Below are positions 10,690 through 19,251 of a stretch of 64,000 bases of DNA, one piece after another. The notes beneath the pieces were generated by a model. It ran no database searches, was not told where the DNA came from, and was given only the letters and a program-made list of their open reading frames with translations. A program made the translations under genes and the position numbers. Source of the DNA: Chloropicon primus (taxonomy: Eukaryota); assembly GCA_023205875.1 (NCBI GenBank), contig CP060754.1, positions 620,001 through 684,000 on the forward strand, given 5' to 3'. Every line of letters begins with the position of its first letter. Position 1 is the first letter of the stretch.

Positions 10690-13467
10690 ATGCCGAGCGG
10701 GAGCGGGAAAGTTTCGCAGAGCCCTGCGGGGGCGGACAAGGCGGGGGAGGACCGGTCGAGCGGCGCGGCTCCGAGGCCTCGCTCGTTCCTTGTGCAGGCG
10801 AAGAACGCCTCGAGGCCGCAGAACACGCCGGGGCCGAGGTGCGGGCACACGCTGACCGCGCTGTCCTCGGCGCCGGAGCGATCCCCGGACATCCTGATCC
10901 TGATAGGTGGCGCGACCGCGCTGGAGGGGGGGAGCGATGGGGCGAGCAAGGGAGAAGACTTGACGGCCTCGCCGAGCGGCGGCGGAGGGGGGGGAGGGGG
11001 AGGCATTCGCCTCGCCGGTGCGACCTCGGACGTCCACATCATGCAGGTGGCGACGGGGCTTTGGGAGCGGATAGAGCCGGGCGGCGAGGCGCCCTCCCCG
11101 AGGGCCGCGCACGCCGCCGCGGCGGTGGGCCACATGGTCGTCGTGCAGGGCGGCATAGGCCCCGCGGGCCTGGCGTCAGAGGACCTCCACGTCCTAGACT
11201 TTAGCAACCCGACCGCACCGAGGTGGCACAGGGTGGTCGTCCAGGGGCCCGGGCCGGGAGCCCGTTATGCGCACACGCTCGCCCTCGTTGCCAATAGGTT
11301 CCTGGTCGCGATCGGCGGAAACGACGGGAAGCAGACCCTGTCGGACGCCTGGGCCCTGGACACGTCGGAGAAGCCGTACCAGTGGCGAAAGATAGAGATA
11401 TCGCCCGGAGCTTCGGCGTCGCCCTCGCCCTCCGCGAGGATGTACGCCACCACCTGCACGAGGCAGGACGGCCTTTTGCTGCTCATGGGGGGGAGGGACG
11501 AGACCAACACCCCGATGGCGGACGCCCACGGCCTGGTGAGGCACAGGGACGGGAGGTGGGAGTGGACGCCAGCGCCTGGCATAGCCTCCTCGCCGAGGTA
11601 CCAGCACGGAGCTGTCTTTGTGGGAGGGAGGATGCATGTGATCGGGGGCGCCCTCGGAGGAAACAAGCTCGTCGGATACAACGACTCGGTGTCGCTCCTG
11701 GACACCACGAATGGTGTCTGGTCTTCCATGAGCGAGGATGACATCCTCGCGGCTGGGGACAGCCTGAGGAGGTGCAGACACGCCGTCACCGCGGTGGGTT
11801 CGGTAGTCTTCATTTACGGGGGGCTCAGAGGCGGGCTCCTCCTCGACGACATGCTTGTGTCCTACGACAGCGACAACAGCAAGCCCAGCTTTGCGGACGA
11901 GAACTCCAAGCCGTGGAAGCTGTGGCTTTCGGGTCTCAGCTGCAACAACGCCATTGGGGCGACCGCCCTCATCGAGGCGGCGGAGGCAGAGGCCGCGGCG
12001 GCGATGGAAATTCACAAGAGCAACCAATCGCCCAACCTCCAGTGCCTGGACGAGAGCGAGTCTGACTTGGCCAACGCCGTTACCCCGGACGGGCGGAGAG
12101 GAAGTGGCGTGCCACCGAAATACCCCGGAGCCAAGCGCAGCACGCCAGCAACGGACGTCCGCCTTCACCACCGCGCCGTGGTTGTTGCTGCGGACTCCGA
12201 GTCGGAGGGAGCCTTGGGGGGGCTGGTCAGGCAGCTCAGCATCGACCAGTTTGAGAACGAGTCAAGGAGGGTGAGCGCGGGGAGCATCGAGCAATTCGGT
12301 AATCTGACCCCAGTGCTTCAGAGGAGCGTGTCTTTCCAGGGAGTCCACAAGAGGGTGCTGCAGGAGTTGTTGAGGCCCAACACGTGGAAGGCCCCTGCGG
12401 ACAGGTCTTTCATCTTGAGACCGAGCGAGATCGTTGATCTTTGCGATGCTGCGGAGGCAGTCTTCAGTGAGGAGCCCACGGTCCTCAAAATCCAGGCCCC
12501 GGTGAAGATATTCGGAGACCTTCATGGCCAGTTTGGAGACCTGATGAGGCTGTTCCTGGAGTTTGGTACCCCGATGACAGGAGGCGATATCACTTACATC
12601 GACTACCTATTCCTTGGGGACTATGTCGACAGAGGGTCTCACAGTCTGGAGATCATGTGCTTGCTCCTTGCGCTGAAGATCGAGTACAAGCGCAACATTC
12701 ACCTGATTCGCGGCAATCACGAGGCCGCTGATATCAACGCCCTCTTTGGGTTCCGTCTGGAATGCACGGAGAGGCTCGGGGAGTCCGGGGGAATCTGGAT
12801 CTGGCAAAGAATGAACGAGCTGTTCAATTGGATGCCTCTTGCGGCGACCATTGAAGACAAGATAGTTTGCATGCACGGAGGAATCGGAAAGTCCATCAAC
12901 TCCATCGCGGATATTGAGAGCATCCAACGACCCGTGTCCATGGAGACTGGGGGGCCGTTGCTCATGGATTTGTTGTGGTCCGACCCGACGATGAACGACT
13001 CTGTTGAGGGTGTGCTGCCCAGCCCCAGGGGCCCTGGCCTTGTGACTTTCGGACCCGATAGGGTGAAAGCCTTCTGCCAATCAAACAACTTTCAGATGAT
13101 AATCCGAGCCCACGAGTGCGTCATGGATGGCTTTGAAAGGTTTGCTGGCGGCCAGCTCATAACATTGTTCTCTGCGACCAACTACTGCGGAACCGCGAAC
13201 AACGCAGGAGCTATTCTGGTTGTGGGGAGGGACCTTGTCCTTGTGCCCAAATTGATCCACCCGCTACCTCCTCAGATGATCGATTTGAAGAGCAGGGAGA
13301 GGATCTCCCTAGAAGAGTTCCTGGACGATGGTTCGGCGGGGGCAAGGGTTTACGTCAAGGCGGACCCAGACACCTGGATGCAGTCCATCAATGACGACAG
13401 GCCACCCACTCCACCGAGGGGAAGACCCAACGCCAACATGAACAAGAACAACTTGGCCTACTTTTGA
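10690..13467 (+). CDS. BSL: Kelch-repeat Ser/Thr phosphatase (BSU1/BSL, PPKL family)
   Basis: N-terminal Kelch repeats. PPP motifs GDLHGQ, GDYVDRG, RGNHE, SATNYCG. TGTAA at 13483. Confidence 0.93.
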   Translation: MPSGSGKVSQSPAGADKAGEDRSSGAAPRPRSFLVQAKNASRPQNTPGPRCGHTLTALSSAPERSPDILILIGGATALEGGSDGASKGEDLTASPSGGGGGGGGGIRLAGATSDVHIMQVATGLWERIEPGGEAPSPRAAHAAAAVGHMVVVQGGIGPAGLASEDLHVLDFSNPTAPRWHRVVVQGPGPGARYAHTLALVANRFLVAIGGNDGKQTLSDAWALDTSEKPYQWRKIEISPGASASPSPSARMYATTCTRQDGLLLLMGGRDETNTPMADAHGLVRHRDGRWEWTPAPGIASSPRYQHGAVFVGGRMHVIGGALGGNKLVGYNDSVSLLDTTNGVWSSMSEDDILAAGDSLRRCRHAVTAVGSVVFIYGGLRGGLLLDDMLVSYDSDNSKPSFADENSKPWKLWLSGLSCNNAIGATALIEAAEAEAAAAMEIHKSNQSPNLQCLDESESDLANAVTPDGRRGSGVPPKYPGAKRSTPATDVRLHHRAVVVAADSESEGALGGLVRQLSIDQFENESRRVSAGSIEQFGNLTPVLQRSVSFQGVHKRVLQELLRPNTWKAPADRSFILRPSEIVDLCDAAEAVFSEEPTVLKIQAPVKIFGDLHGQFGDLMRLFLEFGTPMTGGDITYIDYLFLGDYVDRGSHSLEIMCLLLALKIEYKRNIHLIRGNHEAADINALFGFRLECTERLGESGGIWIWQRMNELFNWMPLAATIEDKIVCMHGGIGKSINSIADIESIQRPVSMETGGPLLMDLLWSDPTMNDSVEGVLPSPRGPGLVTFGPDRVKAFCQSNNFQMIIRAHECVMDGFERFAGGQLITLFSATNYCGTANNAGAILVVGRDLVLVPKLIHPLPPQMIDLKSRERISLEEFLDDGSAGARVYVKADPDTWMQSINDDRPPTPPRGRPNANMNKNNLAYF

Positions 13468-13570
13468 CTTTAATATGCCGTCTGTAATATATATATTTTC
13501 CCTTCCGCCTTCGTGGGCACTACCCTACCTTCCCTCCTCTCATTCATTCGGGCTGGAAGGAAGCGCCAAA

Positions 13571-14658
13571 ATGGAGCTGGACTGCCTGGACTGCCTGGAA
13601 CGACAGCTACTCGAGGCCGAGTCGCTCGAAGCGATCTTCGAGGGCGATGAGAGGCTAGCCATCGAGATCACGGGTCTGGCTGAGGCCCGCAACTCAGTCG
13701 AGAAGGGCTCTCTGAAAGAAGAGGGGCGTCGGATGTATGTCGTTGTGATGGTGACCTTCAGCGATGCAGAGGCCCTCCAACTCTCGAGCGTGAGGCTGAC
13801 CTTGCCCGCGATGTACCCGATGCTCGAGGGACCTGACGTAGAACTGGGCTCGCGGTTCTTGCAATCGGCTTGCAAGACAGGGGTGAACGAGATCTTGTCC
13901 TCGGAGCAGGGCAACGAGTGCCTATTCCAGATCATCCAACTGCTTGCAGAGGCTGTTGAAGAAGGCAAGCTGAGAGCTGAGAGGGCTGCTGGCGACGTGA
14001 GCGGCGAAGGGACACCAGGATCGGAGGCGGAGGAAGAAGAGGTGCCTGAACGGCCCCAGAAGGTGGTGCAAATCATTCACTCCGAGCCATACACCGAGCG
14101 GAAATCCACGTTCCAAGCCTTCTGCGCAAGGATAAATTCTGTCGATGAGGTGGACCAAGTGATGGAGCAGCTGCTTTCGATTAAGAAAGTTGCCGCCGCG
14201 ACTCACAACATGGTTGCCTACCGGATAGAAAACTCCAGCGGACATACGACTCAGGACTACGACGATGACGGGGAAACCGCAGCAGGGTCGAGGATGCTAC
14301 ATATGATGATTGCCGCTCGTGCCATGAATTGCATGGTGGTCGTGTCTCGTTGGTAAGTGACCTTCCAGCACCCAATGCGTGCGCCTCGCCCACTCTGTGC
14401 ACTGTCCTGAAACAATATTGACGAGATCGCGCCACTCCACTCGTTTGTTCCCCTGATCAAAGGTACGGAGGCGTCAAACTTGGTCCAAGGTAAGTGGCCG
14501 CGAGAGTGAGCTTGTTTGTGCACGCGCAGTGGAGACTGACACGGGTGCTCGTTCGTGCCCCAAGCCGGTTTGCGATCATCAACAACGTGGCCAGAGACCA
14601 TCTGAAGAGCTGCGGTTTCTTGCCAGAGAAGGAGGAGGGGAAGCAAGCAAAAAAGTAA
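13571..14658 (+). CDS. IMPACT: IMPACT protein (RWD + UPF0029), exons 13571-14352, 14463-14489, 14565-14658
   Basis: ERKSTFQA, ATHNMVAYR, DDDGETAAG. The conserved VSRWYGGVKLGPSRF is completed by a 27-nt exon. Confidence 0.88.
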
Positions 14659-14682
14659 TCGGGTTTGTATTTACATCTATCT

Positions 14683-16707
14683 TTATGCTAGTCTGCTCAT
14701 AATCCTTTGTCTCAAGGTCTCTGAACGGAGTTGAGAAGTGAGGTCCTTACCAGGTAAAGCGAGCCACTCGATGAGGAACAGATCTGATACCATTCCTACG
14801 TTCTTGGCTCTGCACTCTCTAACGAAAGGGTCGTCCCCGTGCTCTGGGTGGGGTACCACTGCAAAGTCAGCTCCACCCGCCGAGTCCACTACTTGGCCAT
14901 CGCCTGCCTTGAAGATGCGGATCAAGGTTTCCCTGCTCGGGGCGTTCTGGGCACAGTTCCCGTGGAAATAAGCTTTCATTCCATGAAAAGCCCTCCTCTT
15001 CGTCTCCTGGTACCGCTGAGCCCAAAGTTCCGCAGCATTTGTGGTGACCAAATTGTCTTGCGCGCTTTTCGCGAAGTAGTCTTTCTCCTGCATGAGCCCT
15101 TTTCGTGATTTGGCGCAGTCTCTGAGCCAGCTCTCTTTCAGAATCCAGGCTCCGGAGGCCATGCCCGCGAGGGTCTTCTCGGAACGCCCAAGCTTTGGAG
15201 TCAAAAGGTGTGTGGTTCCTTCTCTCCACTCCTTCGACTTCACTTCTGCGATCTCGATCCCGCACTTGCCGGCATACTTGAGACACCGTAACCGAACTTT
15301 TGATCGCATGCCACTCAGGGATACGGTCACCTTCGAAGTAGCAAGCTGCACTTGGGCTGAGGACTTGACTTTAGACGCCTTCGCGGCGGTCTTCTTGGTA
15401 ACCTTCTTGCTCTGGAGGTGGAGCTTTGTCACCTCTTTAGCTTTCTGGCCCTGGATTGACTTCTTCTTCCTCGTGCTGTCAGTGAATGGGCTTGCCACCA
15501 AGCGGTCAGGTTGCACCCTCTTCCTCGCCAAGTTCTGAACTTCGCTTGAAAGCTTCTGACCAGGCGGGTACTTTCGGCTCTGGGCATCCCACCCAAAGAG
15601 CTGGAGGCCCTTGAGCTCTCTCGACGCTCTGCTGTTCGCTTTCGGGGGCGTCGCGTCGGCCACAACCGGCGCGTCATTTTCAACGCGGGCCTCCTCCTCC
15701 TGTTGCATTTCTTCCTCCAAGACCTCCTTCTGCCCGCAGGAGAAGCTGTCGTCGTCCTCGAGGTCCTCTTCCGGGTGGTCTATGTGGGCGTCATCAAGAT
15801 CCATGTCCTCGGGCTCCCTGGCGGCATCGTTCGCCCCGCTGCTTTGGACAACGTTTGATGCGGGGGGCGTGGAGTTTGGCTCCTCCTGCCGCTCGGATTT
15901 CACCGTGCCCTTGGGTTCGAACCTTTTGCTGCCTCTGTTGGACGCGTACCTGCTCCTGCACAGCTCAGCCTCCTCTTCCGAGTCGTCTTCCTGGCTCACG
16001 CTGTTCTCGACCTCGAGCTTGACGAGCTCCCTCAACGGTATCTGTGGCTCCTTGTCCGCTTCTTCTCCGCATTTGTCCTCGTAGATCGGCTCAGAAAGGT
16101 AGGTCCACGTTCGGAGGCAGTCCTCCACCCACCGATGGTTGACGATGGAGGGTGATCCGCCCGCTTCTTGCCACTTCCGCGCCGTCTTGTACTTCTCCCC
16201 CTCGTAACGATAGCAGATCAGGTGCGTGCAGTTCCTGTTCAGAGTTCCGCTGTAAAGCGCCCCGGTCCTGCTCACAAGCTCCCTTATCGACAGGCGCCGC
16301 AAGCCCGAGTACCCCGTCACGCAGACCACGCAGTCTTTCATCTCGTCCGAGATTCCGCCCAAGTTCCTCGGAGGCGTGAAAGCGACCTCCGAGTCCAAGG
16401 GCACGAGCTCGTTCTTCTCGATGCAGCGGTCCACCCACCACTCCGTGACAACCTTAGACCTCGACCCGCTCCTCTTCGCCTTCCTGGCCAGGTCCTGCTC
16501 GAGGTGGCACACGATAACGTGCGTCACCTTCTCCGAAGCGAGGTCGGCGACCTCCTTGAGCTTGCCCGCGTCCACTATCCTCCCCCCTCGCTCCGCCACG
16601 TCCCTCTTGATGTCCTCCTCCACCTCCTTGAATGTCTCCCTCTCCTCCTCCTTCCTGTTCTCCACCCCGAGGTCCACCGCAAGCACCACTCCCTCGAACA
16701 CGCCCAT
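14683..16707 (-). CDS. Multi-BRCT domain DNA repair/checkpoint protein
   Basis: BRCT signatures THVIV...VTEWWVDRC, CTHLIC...VNHRWVEDC, TTHLL...RSEKTL...WLRDC. Confidence 0.85.
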   Translation of the reverse strand: MGVFEGVVLAVDLGVENRKEEERETFKEVEEDIKRDVAERGGRIVDAGKLKEVADLASEKVTHVIVCHLEQDLARKAKRSGSRSKVVTEWWVDRCIEKNELVPLDSEVAFTPPRNLGGISDEMKDCVVCVTGYSGLRRLSIRELVSRTGALYSGTLNRNCTHLICYRYEGEKYKTARKWQEAGGSPSIVNHRWVEDCLRTWTYLSEPIYEDKCGEEADKEPQIPLRELVKLEVENSVSQEDDSEEEAELCRSRYASNRGSKRFEPKGTVKSERQEEPNSTPPASNVVQSSGANDAAREPEDMDLDDAHIDHPEEDLEDDDSFSCGQKEVLEEEMQQEEEARVENDAPVVADATPPKANSRASRELKGLQLFGWDAQSRKYPPGQKLSSEVQNLARKRVQPDRLVASPFTDSTRKKKSIQGQKAKEVTKLHLQSKKVTKKTAAKASKVKSSAQVQLATSKVTVSLSGMRSKVRLRCLKYAGKCGIEIAEVKSKEWREGTTHLLTPKLGRSEKTLAGMASGAWILKESWLRDCAKSRKGLMQEKDYFAKSAQDNLVTTNAAELWAQRYQETKRRAFHGMKAYFHGNCAQNAPSRETLIRIFKAGDGQVVDSAGGADFAVVPHPEHGDDPFVRECRAKNVGMVSDLFLIEWLALPGKDLTSQLRSETLRQRIMSRLA

Positions 16708-16866
16708 CCCCCCACTAACGCCCTTCGCCCTTCCCTCCTCCTCCGGCGAAAAGGCAAGCCGGGGTCAAAACCTCTCTCCCGTACCTTGTCCTCCCCCCTG
16801 TGTCCGTGTCGTCTCCGTCGTCGTCTCCCTTCCCCTTCTCTGTCATTTGGTTTGGTTTCGCGCTCT

Positions 16867-16994
16867 TTGGCGGGAATCGGTGTGTGTGTGTGGGGGGGAA
16901 GGTGTAGGGAAAGGTGGGGTCTTGGGTGCACTTGGCGGGAATCGGTGTGTGTGTGGGGGGGGAGGGTGTAGGAAAGGTGGGGTCTTGGGTGCAC
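16867..16994. repeat. Tandem duplication of a ~64-bp G-rich unit
   Basis: TTGGCGGGAATCGG(TG)nG7..GGTGTAGG(G)AAAGGTGGGGTCTTGGGTGCAC at 16867-16931 and 16932-16994. Confidence 0.9.
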
Positions 16995-17108
16995 CAGGCG
17001 GCTGCCAGGACCTCGTTTGGACCTCAGGTCCCTGAGGGTCCCTGGGGGACAGACTTATGAAGCAGCGGGTGGCAACAAAGGTTCTGCTGGGCTAGCGTTT
17101 GGAAGAGG

Positions 17109-18059
17109 ATGAGTGGCAGGGTTGCGCACAGGGACAGGCTGCGCAGGAAGCCCACCGTGGAGCTTGATGAGGTGAGAGAGGAGCCGGATCGTTCACGAAG
17201 GAGAAGGAGGGAGCTGACTTTGCAAATTTGTGCGTTGCTTTTTCGAACCAACTGTCCGGGCTCTTGCTCACGAGCTTTCCAGGCCTTGAGCTCTCCGTCG
17301 GAGGTGCGCAGGGTTCGGAGCACCTCGTACTCGCCGGTGAGGATGGCCTCCTCGCCCCTTCAGGTAAGCGCGACCAGCGAGGCGACACGAAGAAAAGCGC
17401 TGACTCCTTTTGTGGCCCCAACACAAAAAACATCTGCTTTGCTTGCACGCCATCGATGTAGGAGGAGACAAAAATTGCGAGAGACTTCTCGATAGTCACG
17501 CTGGAGGTGGATCCACTCGAGGACACGAGGGCGGGGAATGGGAACGGATCGGATGCCCATTCCGGGTGAGTATTCTTCCGATTCTGTGTGGTTGCGCTGC
17601 ATCCTCCTTGGGTTCCAAGTCACTGAACCTCTCTCTCTCTCTCGCAGGAGCGACCCCAAGTTGTCCGACGAGCTCTTCTCTTGGAGGAATCGGAACGGTG
17701 CTGCCAATGGACCGGGGAACGGGAAGGAAATCGCCCAGAGCTCTGCTGCTTCGGAAGACCTTGTGTCCATGTCCTCCGACATGAGCGACGTCTCTTCCGT
17801 TGTCAGCTCGGAGGGGGGCTCCAGACCTTCGCTCAGCAGGCGCCCCGTGAGCCAGAGGTTAAAGTCTGCCGGTATCAGCAATGGCGTGGCGAGGGATAAA
17901 GAGAGGGATAGCCTGCGGAACGAGTCCATTGCCGTGGGAATCGGGCTCTTGCTGCTGTTCGTTTTCACGTACGTTGTCCAGTACTGCGCCAGGCACGGAT
18001 ACATCAAGATACCGGATCACGAGGACATCGTCGCGAAGACAAGCCACGAGGAGCTGTGA
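17109..18059 (+). CDS. Hypothetical protein with C-terminal transmembrane anchor (4 exons: 17109-17171, 17283-17363, 17462-17565, 17648-18059)
   Basis: Three GT-AG introns give a continuous frame. Hydrophobic helix IAVGIGLLLLFVFTYVVQY near the C-terminus. Confidence 0.6.
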
Positions 18060-18180
18060 GGGGATCCGAAGGCTTGGCGCCGAAGTAAAAGAACAGAAGA
18101 TAAGCTAACTTTACTTTTTGGTACTTTTTGGTACTTTTTGGTACAAGAGTCGCCAGTCAACGAGACAAGGGACTTTTTGG

Positions 18181-19058
18181 TTACGCGGACGCCGTAACCG
18201 CAGTATTCCCGCCGAGGCGAAAGGCCTTCTTTAAGAATTGAGCTGACAGCTTCAATATGCACTTGCCACCCAAGAGGCTGCCCATGCATCCTCCCATGAT
18301 CCACCCCTTCAGCAGCACGAACCCAGAGGCCTGCAAGGCTAACCTCGTGTACGCCGGCAGAAGCTTTCTGCTCACGCAAGCGAGGGCCAAAGTCTGGGCG
18401 GCCTGGGGCTTGACCTCAAGCACCTGGATCACCGCCTGGAGCGGGAGCCCGGGGAAGAGGCAGAGCGGCGACGCCGCGACCTGCAGAGCGGAGCTCGCTG
18501 TCGTCTGGACCCCCCGAAGGCCGCCCAGAAGGAAGCAGCTCGAAAAGTACAGTTTCAGCAGGTGGACGCCATTCGGCACGACAACGCCGTTGTCGTGGAA
18601 GTGGCGAGGGAGCACGTACTTTAGTGGAGAAGACGAGAAAGGGAGAGGGAAAAAATAATCAGCACCGACGAAAGCTTTGACGACCCAGCGCTTCGTGGCT
18701 CGTTCACCGTTACCTTCTCCAAACAGATGGGGCACACCTCGCTCTTTTGAGACACCGCGCACCAGTACAGCAAGCACTTCTCGTGGACGTGCTCATTCGT
18801 GCCCTTGCAGGCGCAGGGCGATATGAAAACGCTCTTGGACTCTCTGTCGACCGCCGCGCGTTTCCTTCTCGAGGGCCGGAGCTTCCTCCTCGCCACGTCC
18901 ATCGCCCTCGTCCACGCCGAATCCATAAGCGTCCAGTCGGGGCTTCGACAGCTACAGCTCGCGAGGCCATCCTCAACGACCTGAGGCACCGAGGTGCCGA
19001 GGCAGAACCTGCAAACCCTCTTTCCGGAACCCTTCGCCTCCTCGACCTTCCCCTCCAT
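18181..19058 (-). CDS. RING-CH (RINGv) E3 ligase-like protein (exons 19058-18714, 18618-18181)
   Basis: CRFC...SPCACKGTNEHVHEKCLLYW...CPIC. Intron 18713-18619. Hydrophobic C-terminal segments. Confidence 0.8.
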
Positions 19059-19237
19059 CGCCGTCGTCAATGACTCCTCCTCGCCCGATATCGATATCCA
19101 TCGGTGGGATTCCAGTGTATACCAGTTTGGTCACACCCAAAGGACAACCCACAAAACGTTTTCTCGTTCTCACTTGCTGGACAAGGCACTGGTAAAAAAA
19201 CTAGCCTCGCGAGAGGAAGGGAGGAGGACGCCGAGTG

Positions 19238-19245
19238 AAACCCTA
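19238..19245 (+). promoter_or_regulatory. Telo-box just upstream of the Fanzor ATG
   Basis: AAACCCTA ending 6 nt before ATG 19252. Confidence 0.4.
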
Positions 19246-19251
19246 GCAGTC

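Noticed and set aside
18112..18144. TACTTTTTGG x3 with GTAC cores (CuRE-like)
   Set aside because: Lies between convergent 3' ends, so a slippage repeat is more likely than a promoter element.
18994..19251. Extra 86 N-terminal codons of the Fanzor ORF
   Set aside because: Non-ATG start overlapping the divergent RING-CH gene. The first in-frame ATG is 19252.
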